Source: Camelus ferus
Lineage: Eukaryota
Direction: 5' to 3'
Length of the DNA: 64,000 bases
NCBI RefSeq assembly: GCF_009834535.1
Contig: NC_045697.1
Span: forward strand, 25,856,001-25,920,000
Position numbers and translations under genes: made by a program. This document shows positions 27,210 to 41,265 of the stretch, one piece after another (position 1 is the stretch's first letter; the number at the start of each line of letters is the position of its first letter). The notes below the pieces were generated by a model. That model did not search any database and was not told where the DNA came from. It worked only from the letters and a program-made list of their open reading frames with translations.

Positions 27210-28939
27210 ATACTCTTAATCTTGATTCATGTCCATGTCATGTGATAATCTTTTGTCTCCCTTCCCTTAAAACAAGTTCCTTTTATAACATGAGTCCTGT
27301 GTCTGAGGCCTATGGAATGAAATTATTCTGAGTCTTCCCAAATAATTCTTGACTCAGCGAGTCACTGTGCTAAAGAGAATCAGCAGGCATTGAGAGAATT
27401 GCCTTAAAGAGGGCACGGATGCCAGGTAGCAGATAAGGATGGAGCAGCTCTAAGGACAAACTTAAAACCCTAAAACATATTAATTCAGGAGAAGTTTGTG
27501 TAGGGGACAAAGTAGGCTACCAAGAGATGGGCGACAAGGAAGAAAAACAGTGAGTTATGAAGGAGATAATAGACTCTCCATTTAGGAAAACTTGTTTAAG
27601 AAGATGGCTATTTTAGCAGAAGTTGTAGACTCATAGCTAGAAAGATATGTTATGAGAAAGCAGATGAGGCAAAATGTACAAACTTACTCCTGTGATTATG
27701 CTTGGACCAAAAAAAAAAGAATTTCATTTAGTTAAAATCAGTGAGTAATTTGAGCATCTGTGAGTTGAATCCTATCATCCTCTTAAAATAAACTTTCATT
27801 CTGTGTTTTTACTTTTTCTTCTCTCCAGTGACAGCCAAAGAGGTGACCAAGAGAGTGGAGGTGGGGGAAGATTTGAGGGTAAGCAGAAGAAAATAGTTGT
27901 GTTGTACAAATTTGTCCATGTAGACACAAAACGCATATACTGCTCATATTTCTGCAAAATACAGACCAAGATCTTGGGAGATTCCAAAGAAAGGATCTAG
28001 CAGTAAATTGCTTATATTTTTCCAACATGTGGCGTATGAAAATAAAACATTTATGAGGCTTTATTACGTGCACATTAATTATCTAAAATTAGAGGCACTA
28101 AGAGTGAGCCATTAAGTGCTGATTAGACAATGATATGAGTTCTGGCAGCATCGGTAATAGGGAACTAAGTTTACTTCCAAAGGGAGGAGAGATCATTAAA
28201 TTTTTAATTTGTTTCTCAACTGTTCAATTACAACATGCCTAATGTGCTGGACATGAACCTTAAGGGGCTTAACACAATTACGGGACTTTTTCAGTGTACC
28301 TTGCTCTTTTGCATTTATTTTCTCGAAAGATTAGGTATTTGTAACTCTTTAGATCATTTGTTGCTCTCAAATACTTCATAATGTCTCTCTTCCACTTCAT
28401 ACATGCTTTCCATTCCTTAGATGCTTGGGAAGATTATATCAAATGTGATGAGAACTATTTATTTTGCTGGGAAAAAGACAACCCTTCAAATATGCCTTTT
28501 AAATATGGTTCAGTAGGTGCCTATTCAAAGTCTCCTTTGAGGATTTCATGCTAATGGCCTCCTCTAGTCAAGAGTTTATTGGCCACTTACTTAATCAATA
28601 AATGCATGGTCCTCAGTTCATCCTTCTCTCTTAAACATTTTTATGGACTGCCATGTGCTCACACCTTCCCTCCATGATTTTGCAGTCAGGTCACACTCAT
28701 GATTAAGTAGCCTCATGATGCTGAAAAAGATCCCCTGAGACTTCTTCAAGATTTGGGTCTCTGTAATCAATAAAATAATCTATAATTTTATCAACTAATC
28801 CTTGGTAATACTGAGAAAAAACTAAAGGAAACCTTGGAAAATTGCATTTTTCTCTCCATATTTCACTTATATTCTTTAATTAGACATTTCAGGATTCAGT
28901 TAAAGAAAAGCTTTTGCAGGCTTTAATGTTAAGACTTGT

Positions 28940-30095
28940 TGAGAGACTTTAGTGAGGGCTTCTATGTGTGCTATAATGTCCTTAAAGCCAGTGGAGGAAA
29001 CAAAAATGGCATCCAAATGACCATACCAATCAGAACATCATACCAGTCAGACCATGCCAAAACAGAACAAGCCCACTTGGCCTTTAGGAGAGGGAGGTTA
29101 GCAGCTTTAGGAACTTGACCTCGCTGTGTATACCATACATGTCCGCTATGGGAGGCAGCACTGTCAGGGGTGAAGAGATGGACTCGGGGTGGAATATGCC
29201 AGACCAGGATCCCCACCTCTTCCCTCTTTCAGTGGTGTGTGTTCCATTTCAGGTATAGTGTGTTTCAACAGGTCCGCTTGCAGCAGGACAATGGGATCTA
29301 GTGGAAATTGGGTAGTTCCTCCTTATCCAGGGGTGTGAAATAGTTCACCTATCCTGGAGGGATGTTCCATCATAAATTTCACTAGCTAACACCCTTCCCA
29401 GGCACGATGAGGCTTGATGTTCTCAGCAGCATAGCAGTAGTGGCCACCTGGTTTGCACAGAGACAGGGTGTAGCTTGGGTTAGGCCAGACACAGTGTCCA
29501 CACAAACCAAGGCATATTCAGGGTCCTCACTTGGAAGGGGTTGATAAAATAGGCTTGTCAATGCCACACCAACTGGGAACTCTAGTGAATGGCCCCAGAC
29601 TCCTTTGGTAGTTACTCTGGGCATTGTTTAGAACATGCAGGACATTTTGTACTGCATTGGCCAAGTCACTGTATTTCAAGGGCAATCTGGCATTCTTGGC
29701 AATACCCCATCCCACCTGGGAAATACGGTAGCTGCTCTTCCATGCACCCAGTCTGCTGTATTTGCGGAAGGGCTGGCTGCTAGGGCTCATTCCTGGGCTA
29801 AGGCACAGGCCTCCCGATTGCCAAGGCATGTCAGTGCCATATGAGCCAGGATGTGAGAGACAGAACTGGCAGGTGAACCCAAATGTCTTTCCACATGTCC
29901 TGAACTCATAAGGGCTTATTCATGATCATCCACCCTTCTGCTACACATTGTTCAAACCATGGCATCAACCTCATTAGAAAAGCCCACATGGCAGTGCAAA
30001 GGGTTAATGGCCAGGGCTCATGAGTGATCAATCATTACCCAAACCACACTGAGTTCAGCCAACTAACTGCTGTGGTTCCTTCCTGTTACAAGGAG
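28940..30095 (-). pseudogene. Decayed ERVL pol (RNase H end and integrase) remnant
   Basis: Frameshifted minus-strand peptides: HILAHMALTCLGNREACALAQE (RNase H C-terminus), VGWGIAKNARLPLKYSDLANAV (integrase N-terminal region) and YALVCVDTVSGLTQATPC (integrase core, first catalytic Asp motif). Confidence 0.75.
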
Positions 30096-30099
30096 AACA

Positions 30100-33000
30100 G
30101 TTTTTGTGTGTGTGTGGGTTTTTTTGTTGTTGTTTGTTTGTTTTTACTGAACATGTAAAATAATTATATGAGGCATGTACACGACTTCTTCTTAATCCAA
30201 TCATCTGTTGATGGGCACTTGGATTGCTTCCATGTCTTGGCTATTGTAAATAATGCTGCTGTGAACGTTGGGGTGCATATATCTTTTTGAATTAGTGTTT
30301 TTGTTTTTTCTGGATATGTATGCAGGAGTGAAATTGCTGGATTACATGGCAGTTCTATTTTTATTTTTTAAGAAACTTCCATACAGTTTTTCATAGTGGT
30401 TGCACCAATTTACATTCCCATCAATAATGGTTCCCATTAATAAGGGTTTCCTTTTCTCTGCATCCTCTCCAATATTTGTTATTTGTGTTCTTTTAAATGA
30501 CAGCCATTCTGACAAGAATGAAGTTTTGATTTGTGTTTCTCTAATTATTAGAGATGTTGAGCAACTTTTCATGGGCCTGTGGCTATCAGTATATCTTTCT
30601 GTGGAAAAATGTCTAAGCAAGTCTTCTGCCCACTTTCTGATTGGATTGCTTGTTTTTTTGATGTTGAGTTGTATGAGCTGTTTGTGTATTTTGGATATTA
30701 ACCCCTTGTCTAATGCATCATTTGCAAATATTTTCTCCTATTCTGTAGGCTGTCTTTTTGTTTTATTGATGCTTTTAGGTTTAATTAGGTCTCATTTGTT
30801 TATTTTTGTTTTTATTTCTTTTGCTTTAGGAGACTGATCAATGAAAATATTGCTATGTTTTATGTCAAAATGTTTCACCTATGTTCTCTTCTAGGAATTT
30901 TATTGTTACAAGTATTACATTTAGACCTTTAAACCACTGAGTTTATTTTTTGTATATAGCATGAGGAGATGCTCTAATTTCATTGTCTTACATGCGCTGT
31001 CCAGTTTTCTCAGCAATACCTGTTGAAGAGATTGTCTTTTCTCCATTGTATATCCTTGCCTCCTTTACCATAGATTAATTGGCCATAGGTGTGTGGGTTG
31101 ATTTTTGGACTCTGTATTCCATTCCATTGATCTATGTATCTGTTTTTGTGCCAATGCCATGCTGTTTTGATTATTGTAGATTTGTAGCATAGTCTGAAGC
31201 CTGGGACGGTTATACCTCTAGCTTTGTTCTTATTTCTCAGGATTGCTTTGGCAATTGGAGGTCTTTTGTGATTCCATATAAATTTTAGGCTTAGCCTAGT
31301 TCTGTGAAAAGTATCATGGGTATTTTGATGGATATTGTATTAAATCTGTAGATTTCTTTGGATAGTATGACCATTTTAATGATATCAGTTCTTCTAATCC
31401 AAGAGCATGGGATATCTTTCCATTTCTTTGAATCATCTTCAATTTTGTTCATCAGTATTTTATAGTTTTCACAGTATAGGTCTCTTACCTCCTTGGTTAA
31501 GTTTATTCCTGAGTATACTTTTTATGTGATTCTGAAAGGTTTTTTTTTACCTTTATATTTCTGATATTTCATTATTAGTGTATAGATATGCAACAGATTT
31601 ATGTATATTAATATTGTATACTGCAAACTTGCTGAATTAATTTTTGAAAGTTCTAACTATTTTTGGGTAGAGATTTTAGGATGTCATCTGCAAATAGTGA
31701 CAGTTTTACCTCTTCCTAACAATTTGGATAGCTTTTTATTTCTTTTTTTCTTTTTTTTTTTTTTTTTTTTTTGTCTGATTGCTATGTCTAGAGCTTCCAA
31801 TTCTATGTTAAATAGAAGCAGTGAGAGTTGGCATTCTTGTCTTTTTCTTGAATCTAGTGGAAAGGTTTCAGCTTTTCACCATTGAGTATTATGATGGTTG
31901 TGGGCTTGTGGCCTTTATTATGTTAATATGTTTCCTCTATATCCACTCTGATAAGAGTTTTTAACATGAATGAATGTTGAATTTTGTCAAATGTTTTTCT
32001 GTGTCTATTGAGGTGATCATGTGGTTTTTGTCTTTCCTTGTTAATGTGGTGTAACATATTGATTGATTTTGCATATGTTGAACCATTCTATGACTCTGGA
32101 ACAAATCCAACTTGATCATGCTGTATGATCCTTTATGCATTGTTGGATTCAGTTTGCTAATACATAGTTGAGGATTTTTGCATCTACATTCATTGAAAAT
32201 ATTAGCTTGTAATTTTCCTTTTTTTGAAGTGTCTTTGTTTGGTTTTGGTATCAGGGTTATGATGGCCTCATAGAATGAATTTAGGAGTGTTCCCTTCTCT
32301 ACAGCTTTTTTGGGGAACAATTTGTGAGAGTAATTTGAAATAATTTTGGAATAATTTGAGAAGCGTAAGTATTAGTTTGGTGGAATTCCTCTGTGAAGCT
32401 GTCCAGTCTTGGACTACTGTTTGCTGGAAGTTTGTTTTTTTGTTTTAATTGCAGATACAGTTTCACTTGTAGTGTTCAGTCTGTTCAAACTGTCTGTTTC
32501 TTCTTGACTCATCTTGGAAGCTATATGTTTCTTCTAAGTTGTCCAACTTTTTGGCATATAACTGTTCATATTATTCTCTTAAATTTTTTTTTTTTTTGTA
32601 TTTCTGTGGTATTGTTTGCTGTTTCTTCTCGTTCATTTCTTTTTCTTTTTCTTTTTCTTTTCTTTCTTTCTTTTTTTTTTTTTTTTTTTTGTTTGTTTGT
32701 TTGTTTATTTGGGCCCGCTCTCTTTTTCTCTTGGTAACTCTGGCTAAATGTTTATCAACTTTGTTCTTGTTTGAGAAGTTCTTTATCTCTTCTTCTATTC
32801 TAGGTAGTAATCTTGCTGTCTAGAGTATCCTAAGTTGCAGGAGTTTGAATGTATCATGCAACTTCTTTCTGGCTGGCAAAGTTTCTATAGAGACATTTGC
32901 TAATAGCCTTATTGGGATTCTGTTGTATATGATTATTTTTCTCTTGCTGCCTTTAGAATTCTCTCTTTAAGTCTATATTTGCCATTTTAATTATGACATA

Positions 33001-34835
33001 TCTTGGTGTAGGTCAGTTTGGATTCATCTTGTTTGAGACCTTCTGTGTTTCCTGTACCTGGGTATCTGTTTTCTTTTTTAGGTTTAGGAAGTTTTGGGCA
33101 ATAATTTCTTCAAATACATTTCCAATACCCTTCTCTCTTCTCCTTCTGGATTCCCTGTAATGTGAATTTTGGCACATTTTATGTTTTTCCATAGATCTCG
33201 TATGTTGCTTTTATTTATTTTTTTTCAATTGTCTTTCTGTCTGCTGTTCTGATTGGGTGGTTTCCAGTATTCTATCTTCCAAGCCACTTATGTGTTTTTC
33301 CGTGCCATTTAGTCAGCTATTCATTGCTTCTAGTGTGCTTTTTATCTCAGAAATTGAAGAATCTGTTTTTGATTGGGTCTTCTTTATAGTTTCTAAAGTT
33401 CCTTTTTAAAATGATCTGTGCTTAGATCAATTCTCTTTCCTAATTCAGTTCATTGTCTGGTAGACCAAGTATCTCTGTTACATTATTTACTTTTTCAAGG
33501 ATTTTCTCTTGCTCTTTCAATTGAGAGTAGTTCCTCTGCTTTTTCATTTTACATAACTTTCTCTGGCTCTATGAATTTAGGTGAAACAGTTATCTTTTGT
33601 GGTCTTAAAGGGGTGTTTTTATATGGGAGCTTCTTTATGTAGGCTGCATGTACCCAATGTCTTTGGTGTGAGGGCTGGATTTGGTATGGACACTAATCAC
33701 GTCTTTCCTCAGGGTGTGCTGGCCACTTTCACTCTGGTAAGTGGTGTGGCTGATGCTGGAGTAGCAAGAGTCTCTGCATGATGTGAGATGGGACTGCCTT
33801 TCTGCTCAACAGCATGTACCTACCTGTCAGGGACAGACCTACTCCTATGTTGCTGGAGCCAAAACCCTGAGAGTTGGGCTCAAGCTGGCACTGTTTCCAT
33901 GAAGTATGTGTTTTTCCTTCTCCCCACACTGGGGCCTTTGCCCCAAAAGAGTGGAGTACTGAACTTAGTGGGGCTCGTGTGCTTACAGAGGTCCAGCGCA
34001 CTGTCTATGTAGGTATCTTCAGATGCAGCCCAAGATTGTGTCTTTTCCCCTGTGTGCTCATCCCAGACCTAGTGCTATGTTGTCACGTGGTGTGAGCAGA
34101 CCCAGAGCATTCACTGAATTGGGAGTGGAGATCACAGTGTGGTGGTTGCTGGAACTGAAGCAGCTGAGCTGCCATCAGAAGTCTAGGCTGCTTCTGGGGA
34201 GCTGTTTGAGTAAGTGCCAGCAATGGCTGCCACTGCCCCATCCGGCCCACTCCTCAGACCCCGGGTTTCCTTCACATCCCTAAATCATGTATTTTCCTGA
34301 GTTCTGGCTGACTTAGATCCAGTGCCACAGTGTGGTGTGGAGTGAGCATGGCTGGGGTGTTTTCTTAGCTCAGCTGGGGAGCACAATGATGCAGCAGCTG
34401 CTAGGGGAGACCTCTTTTTGTCCTGACTGGTAGTTCATCAGCACTCGTGCACTCCTCACCTGTGGAGTCTAGGCTACTCCAGCCTTTCTGTCTGTCCTGT
34501 TGGTTCTCTGAGCAGCCAAGGGGACTTGTCTCCTCTGTGTAGGTCCCTAGGAGTGGGACACCCAGTCTGTGGCTCAACCTGCTCACTCTCCAAGGTGAGT
34601 ACCCACCAGTGCAATATCCTTTTTTCTCTTAGTCTGTTCCCAGGGGTTCAGGTTCCGACCCAATGCTTTTCTTCCCATGTGACTTGATTCATGGGCATCT
34701 CTTACAGCCTTAGTAGTATAGTTCTTTTATCAGTTTCCAATTAGTTTTCCATGAGAATTGTTTCACATTTAGATGTATTTTTATTGTATTTATGGCAGGA
34801 GGTGAGTTCCACATCCTCTTACTCTGCTATCTTTT
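30100..34835 (-). mobile_element. L1 with 5'UTR, partial ORF1 and decayed ORF2 RT region
   Basis: ORF2 remnants (GTLLNSFYEAIITLIPKPNKDT; KDKNHMITSIDTEK). ORF1 is joined directly to ORF2 at ~32770, and an L1 5'-terminal motif lies near 34800. Confidence 0.85.
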
Positions 34836-34849
34836 CACCCTAGTACAAG

Positions 34850-35470
34850 TACACTATTGATACTAAAGTTTATTTTTCCTTAAGCCAATTAAATAGAGCT
34901 CTTTTACAAATTAATTTTGAAAATACCATCTGAAAGTATACAAATGTCACATATATGTAACATTAATAGACACACACAAACATACAGACACAGAGAACCT
35001 ATAGATTTCATTTTAAAATTTTTGCCATGAATTGGGCACAATATAAAACTAACTAGTTTATAAACAATAGCTGAATCCAAAATGTGTATGGCATATATAA
35101 CAAGTTAAGGTTCCCTGCTCACATAGCTAAAGCTTTTTACTAATATCTGTGGAAGAGATTTTTAAGATTTGTATTTGCCTTTTATGTGTAATCTTATGGA
35201 AGCTGTGGATGATACTTTGGACAAGGAAACTTCTATAGCAGTTTATATTTTAGAAAGACTCTTCCTCTTTCACTCTCTTTTTTTTTTTTTTAATATAGTC
35301 TCAAGCAAAGATGGGCAGTGTTTTAGATATCTCCTGGGGTATTTGTATTTCAAAGACAGAGTAAGATTTATATCTTCAAGGGACAGAGAAGGAGTGTAAA
35401 TTTTTTCCTAGGAGTTTAGTGTGTATTTGTTTATTATCAGAAGTGTAGGGTAATTACTATTTAAATTGTT
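34850..35470 (-). mobile_element. ERV1 (MER4-group-like) internal non-coding fragment
   Basis: agagctcttttacaaattaattttg...aataccatc and tagctaaagctttttactaata resemble recalled MER4-group internal sequence. Confidence 0.45.
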
Positions 35471-35519
35471 CTTTTGTATTAGTGATTAGACAGAATGGGG
35501 TACTTCACCTGTTTCACTG

Positions 35520-36560
35520 TCTGTCACTCCAACATCCTCCCCTTACTCTCCTCACTTTCCCAGGGAATTCACCTCTTAGTATGTCAATAAGGCTTTGTCA
35601 AAAGTGATTGGACCTTAAACTGTGGCAGTTTGTGTCCTTCTGCATTTGCAAAGTGGCATGCCAGGGTCTCCAACCTGTTATCCTACTCTCCCGCCTCGTC
35701 TGCCAGCCCCAAAGCTAGCAGAGTAGTGGACACCTGCACATGCTTCTCTAACCTCAGCCCTTATTTCAACTTTCTAACTCAAGCTTCAGCCTCTAATTGG
35801 GCATCGGTGTCCAGCGGAACTGCCCACAGTAGAGACCCACCCACTGCACAGCCATTTGTCTCCTTTCTTTGCCACAGTGCCCTCTGCACACTTTCTCAAG
35901 CAGTGCATCAGACCAGCCTGCATTTGAGAACATCCTCATACTCAGCGGTCCACAAGCATCTAACGTATGCCTACCCCTCCCCACATAGAGGTCAATGGCC
36001 AGTTAGGATTTCCCAATGGATACCTCTTTTCCAAGACCCTTTATTTTTTTTTTTCTTTCTGCTGAATGGTTCACCAATTTCTGGTTCACAACCTCCATAG
36101 TTCCCTGGGTGAAATCTGAAAGTGCCCTGCCACCCCCATACACAGAAGGCAGGGAGAGACCAAAGAAAGAGGCAGGCCACTCCAGATTGGTAGCGGACAA
36201 GCTTAATAAGCAAGGAAACTTCCATGCAAGGCTTATCTTGTGCCGCCAAAAGAAGAGTAGGTTTCTGTACTCACCCACCAGGGTCTTAGAAATTTATAAA
36301 GAAGCCTTAAATGTATTCAGTCGTGTATGCTGTGCAGATAGTCTCAACAACACATGCTCTCTCAAGTCAGCATCCTTGAACATGGTGCTCACAGTAGGAA
36401 TGGGGGGCAGAACATATACTCCAAATACAAGGGAGGGGATGAGGAGCCTCTGATGGTCCGGGTCCAGCTTATGGGTCAACAGGCAGTCATTTCCTCTTGA
36501 TGGCCTCCTCCAGCGTTACTCGGTGACAATAATAATGCAGAGACAGTCTTCATCACCTGG
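35520..36560 (-). mobile_element. ERVL LTR (MER74/MER54-group-like) plus the start of internal sequence
   Basis: The minus strand has TATAAA and ttattaagc...ccaatctggagtggcctgcctctttctttggtctctccctgcc, then a PBS-position ttggtgaacca at ~36077. Confidence 0.55.
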
Positions 36561-37563
36561 CTTCCTGATCTAAGGTCCAGGCCATATTAAAAATGACTGC
36601 CACAGGCGTCTAACAAGAAGCTGCCTTTACTTGTGATTAGGCCATTTTCTTGAAGAGTAGCTGATTGCTACAGAGTTCTTGCAATTGTTTTAAGTAAGTC
36701 TCCATTTCAGAATTCATGCATTCAGCTAATGCAAAATACACTGCTTGAAGATTAAATCTTAAAATTTCAAAGCTTTGTCTTTGCCTTATAGATTGTTACT
36801 CAGCTCTAAGTAAAATGAGATAGAATGTGTGAAATTATGTAATGCCTAACCTAGTATACATTGGGAGCTCCAGAAATGTCCATTAATGAGAATTGAAAGG
36901 AAAAGGAAAGCTCTTTTCAATGTTTAAAAAAAAAGCTACAAGAGTCAATGAGCATGACATATAATGCTTGATATTTCATTTGAGTGCAGACAGATATATG
37001 AATAAAATATCTTGCCTGATTATAGAGTTTATCTTAGAAACTTTTTCATAGTAACTTTGCTCTTCTTAGAATTAATTATGCACAATTAAAACAAAGTTAA
37101 TGGAGAGGAGATAATGGAATTTTTAGATTATATTTGAAACTCTAAGTTAGTTATTTTATTCATTTATTTATTTAGCATGGACTAATTCAGTGTGTACTTT
37201 ACGAAAGCTTTAGAGGAAATGACCTGAGACTTATTGTCCATGCCTGGAAAGGAATCTCTTACACTTTGTTCTGTAGGTGGACAGAAGTGCTAGGTCTTAG
37301 ATGTCTCTTTCCTGTAGCTTTTACCACAGCAATGTAATCACTCAACGGCTTTGTGTCATGAACACACATGACTGTATTCACACAGATTCTGACACAGAGT
37401 ATCTTCCACCAGACTCCAGGGTTGTGCTCCAGTCAGAAAGCCTCGCATCTGCTAATCTCTGTCAGATGTTTTTACTTTTATAGTTAGCCAATTAGTGTGA
37501 AATTTGTGTGAATGTAACTTTGCGGTAGTTCTTTGGAATACCCTCACAAAACGAGAGCATTTC

Positions 37564-38164
37564 TGCTGGAGCAGGCAGATGGCTAGATATGAGCAGAGAA
37601 AGGGGCATGGGTCAAATGGCAGGAATTGGGCAAAACAAGGAGGGGCACAGACCAAATGCAGGAAGCCATACATCCTGTAAATAATGAGGGTCCTTGAGCA
37701 GACAAGAGAAAAGCAGGAACCTCAGGACTGATAAGAGACCACACAAATAAAGGTGAAAAAAGGCAGGAATTTGCAGTGTCCAAGTGTAACGTTTTGCTCA
37801 TTATGCCTTCATTACAATAAAATTAGCCTTGCACATTAGAAGTACCCATCATGCACCAACCCCATGACACTTCTGACCCAGACTAAATAAGGACGAAAAT
37901 CCTTCCTCTGCTCAGGAAGGTGGAGCTGGGATGAAAACCAGGGAATATAACCCAAACCCTTTCCTCCCCAATGAATATTCCGCCCATTCATTTTTATGCT
38001 TTATGTAACCAACTTGCCAAAGAAACTGCAGAGCTGCTCCCCTGAGCCTGCTGGCTCTCCCCTTGAGAGTGTACTGTCCATCCCTTGATAAATCCTCACT
38101 TTACTTCCTTAACCTCCGTGTCTTGTCTCGTCTTTCTGTGATAAGAACCTACTCACTGGCAACA
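37564..38164 (+). mobile_element. ERV1-class solo LTR (family not identified)
   Basis: TG...CA termini and a 4-bp TSD TTTC (37560-37563 and 38165-38168). It has duplicated U3 motifs (aggggca...caaatg(g)caggaa) and a degenerate poly(A) signal near 38087. Confidence 0.75.
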
Positions 38165-40155
38165 TTTCCAGCTGAAGCACATAAACCTAAAACAACACAT
38201 TCCAGTGCAAAATCTTGTCTCTAAGGATGGACTGAATTTGTTTGTGATACTCTCTCATCTTAGAATTCTCTCTTCATTCTAATCAAAGACACTGCTCCAT
38301 GCGCACTTATAGGTGTTTCAGGAAACTTAAATTTTATTGGAGGCATTATTTAAAATCTGTTTCTCCCCTATATTTTTCTTTAGAGGATCACAAAAAGGTA
38401 GTTCTTTATGTACCTCCTTACTGAAGTGAAATTTAGAAAATACCGTACGTTAGACATAATTGAAATATGGTTATTTCACTCAACTGAATACTACACTTGA
38501 TTGTCCAAATCTTCTGGCAACTTATTTTTGTCTTCCAATTAAATGCATTTGTGTTTTTTATCCCGTAATACTCCATCCCTCTGCTGTGGGAAGAACAAGT
38601 CTTTGTCCAGCTCTTCCTGATTTTCATATTTTTCACTCAAAAGAGACTTCCAAAAGTTTATAATTTATGTTAGTAAAATTTTATGAAGTACAATATTAAG
38701 TATCAAATGAGTTTTAAAATTCTGTTTTAAAATGGCAGAGATTTGTCTTCATTATCTCCAGATTTAAAAAGTCTTGCTCCCAAGAAGACTTCATACTATC
38801 ATTAGTTAACATCTCAAGACATGAAAATTCCTTTAGGGCTAAGCCGATCATTAATGGTAGTAGATATAATTTCTAATAGTCTTCTTCCTGATAACTCCAG
38901 CGTTAGGTGACTTTTGGTCAGATCGCTTTAGAGCATTATCCTCATTGCATAATGAGGCTTTGAAGTGCTCCAGTTTTGTGGTCAGGAAGGTAAGTTGGTT
39001 TTGTCATTTTCTCTGATGTTCACATTACTAGTATTACTTTCATTTCACAGATCATTTTTCCTTTTACTTTTATTTCTTTGTTTCTTGCCTGCTTTTTTAG
39101 AAATCTTTTAAACCAAGTGTACTTTTCCAGGGGTTAGTTGAAATTAATAAATATTTATAAATCCACCTCCATGGTCGAGTATGGGTTACAACGTAAGACA
39201 ATGAGCATAGCTGCTAAGCCTTTCACATCACAAATCACTCTTTCTTAAGGAAATTAAGTCACATGTGATATGTGACTGATGAAGACCAAGTGAGCATATC
39301 CTGGTCAATCTATATGTTAAATATAAATATTTTTTTTTTTAATAAAAGTAATTCAGATAGTAGTTTTCATGTGCTCTTTTGACATCTTCAATGAACCTAA
39401 CCATTTTCTGGACTATTACCTAGTGCTTCCTATTAGAACAGTTCATGTCTGAAAAATAGGGCATGTTAAATTTATGAACTATGATTTTTTTAAAAAAAGT
39501 TAAATGTTGAGCATCCAAGTAGAGTCATTAAACTCTTAAATAGAAATAACAAACAATAAAATTTGACATTTATTAGGAAATACATACATTTCAGTAATGT
39601 GGTAATTTGAATATGAATGTAAAAATAAAATTGCCAGGAAATACAAACATTAATAGCTTTTAATTGGAACACAGTGGAAAGGAAGTAGGAATGAAAGAAG
39701 CAGATTATTGAACTTATTCATAAAGAGCAAACACTAATTTATTCTAAGTTGTTAGTGTTAATATAGTCTGCAGCAATGGACAAATCAATGTTAATTGAGT
39801 TCTAAAAGAAACACATGCAGGAAACAGCTTTCGCTGTTATGAACAGTGGGTACATATGAAAAGGCAGAATTGAAATTAAATACAATTTAATTCAGTCTCA
39901 GATACTTTTATTAACATCAAAAATCCTAGATAAAGTGAATAAATTATACATGCCCTTTATGATGCATTTTGCCAACACTTTATTAGGGAAACATTTGAAC
40001 ATGCAGCAAAGTCAAAAATACTTTTTAGTGAACCCCCTAAAATCTACCACTTAGATTCTACCTTTTCCATTTTGCTACACTTGCTCAACCGTAATCTGTA
40101 TTCTTCTCTATTCATCCATGAAATCATTTTATTTCCTACTCATTTAAAGAATGTT

Positions 40156-40251
40156 GTGGGGGATGATATAGCTCAGTGGTAGAGTGTGTACTTAGCATGC
40201 ACAAGGTCCTGGGTTCAACCCCAGTACCTCCATAAAAAATAAATAAACAAA
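40156..40251 (+). mobile_element. Camelid tRNA-derived SINE (vic-1-like)
   Basis: gatatagctcagtggtagagtgtgtacttagcatgcacaaggtcctgggttcaaccccagtacctcc plus an A-rich tail. Perfect 11-bp TSD taaagaatgtt (40145-40155 and 40252-40262). Confidence 0.9.
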
Positions 40252-40490
40252 TAAAGAATGTTTCAAACATCTCAACAACTTCCTCAAATGCTTTAGCATG
40301 CATTTTTATATAACATTTACATAAAGTGAAACGCACATATTTTAAGCATACCTTCCCTGAGTTTTGATAGATACATAAATCTTTGTAGCCCAAACCTCTG
40401 TCAAGAAGAGAGAACATTACAATCCATCCACTCTAGAAAGTTACCTCATTATCATCCCAGTCAACCTCTGTCCCCACCCAACACAACTAC

Positions 40491-41265
40491 TGTAATATGA
40501 TGATTTATAATAACTATAGATTTGGACTTTTTCCCCATTTCTGGCACAGAATTTCTAAAACCCTTGGAAATTTCTGTGATGAAGAAATAAAAGTATTTTT
40601 TGTTATGTGAATGAGGTGGCTTTCAGACTGCATGGAAGGATTGGAGAAAACCCTGTGATTAAAGGGTTGGAACTTTCAGTCCCACACCCTGACCTCTGGG
40701 GAGGGGAGAGAGACTGGAGATTGAGTTCAGTTCCCAATAGCCAATGATGTAATCAGTTGTACTTAATGTAATGAAGCCTCCATAAAAACCACAAAGGAGA
40801 GCTTCCAGGTTGGTGAACATGTGCAGATTTGGGGTGAGTAATGCTCCCAGAGAGAGGGAAACTCTGCTCCCTTTCCACATTCATCTCTTTCGTCTGTTTG
40901 AGTTATAACAAACCTCTTATAATAACCTACTCTACTAAGTAAGTAATCCAAATTACTAGTGATTTAGTGAGTAAAACATTTCTGAGCTCTGTGAGGGGCT
41001 CTAGAAAATTAATAGAATCCAGGGAAGCAGGTCATTCGAACTTCTAAACTTTAGCCGGTGGGTCAGAAGCACTGATGATAGCCTGGTCTTGTGACTGGCA
41101 TAGGGAGTGGGGAGCAGTCTTGTGGGACTGAGCCCTCAACCTGTGGGATCTGAAGTGAGCTTCTTTGGCTAAATAGTGTCAGAATTGAGTGGAATTGCAG
41201 GACAACCAGGTGGTGTTGGAGAATCTCCTGTTGATGTGGAGGAAAGCCTTCCACACACACGTTGG
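40491..41265 (+). mobile_element. MER21-like LTR
   Basis: Matches recalled MER21B motifs: ctaaaacccttggaa, gtgattaaagggttggaactttcag, aatgaagcctccataaaaacc and tcttgtgggactgagccctcaacctgtgggatctga. Confidence 0.8.

Noticed and set aside
35630..36453. 156-aa and 145-aa plus-strand ORFs
   Set aside because: They lie antisense within the ERVL LTR/leader and have no recognisable protein motifs.
40156..40231. tRNA-like sequences (also at 50802, 52650, 58975 and 59085)
   Set aside because: They have A/B boxes but also A-rich tails, TSDs and unpaired acceptor stems, so they are SINE heads, not tRNA genes.
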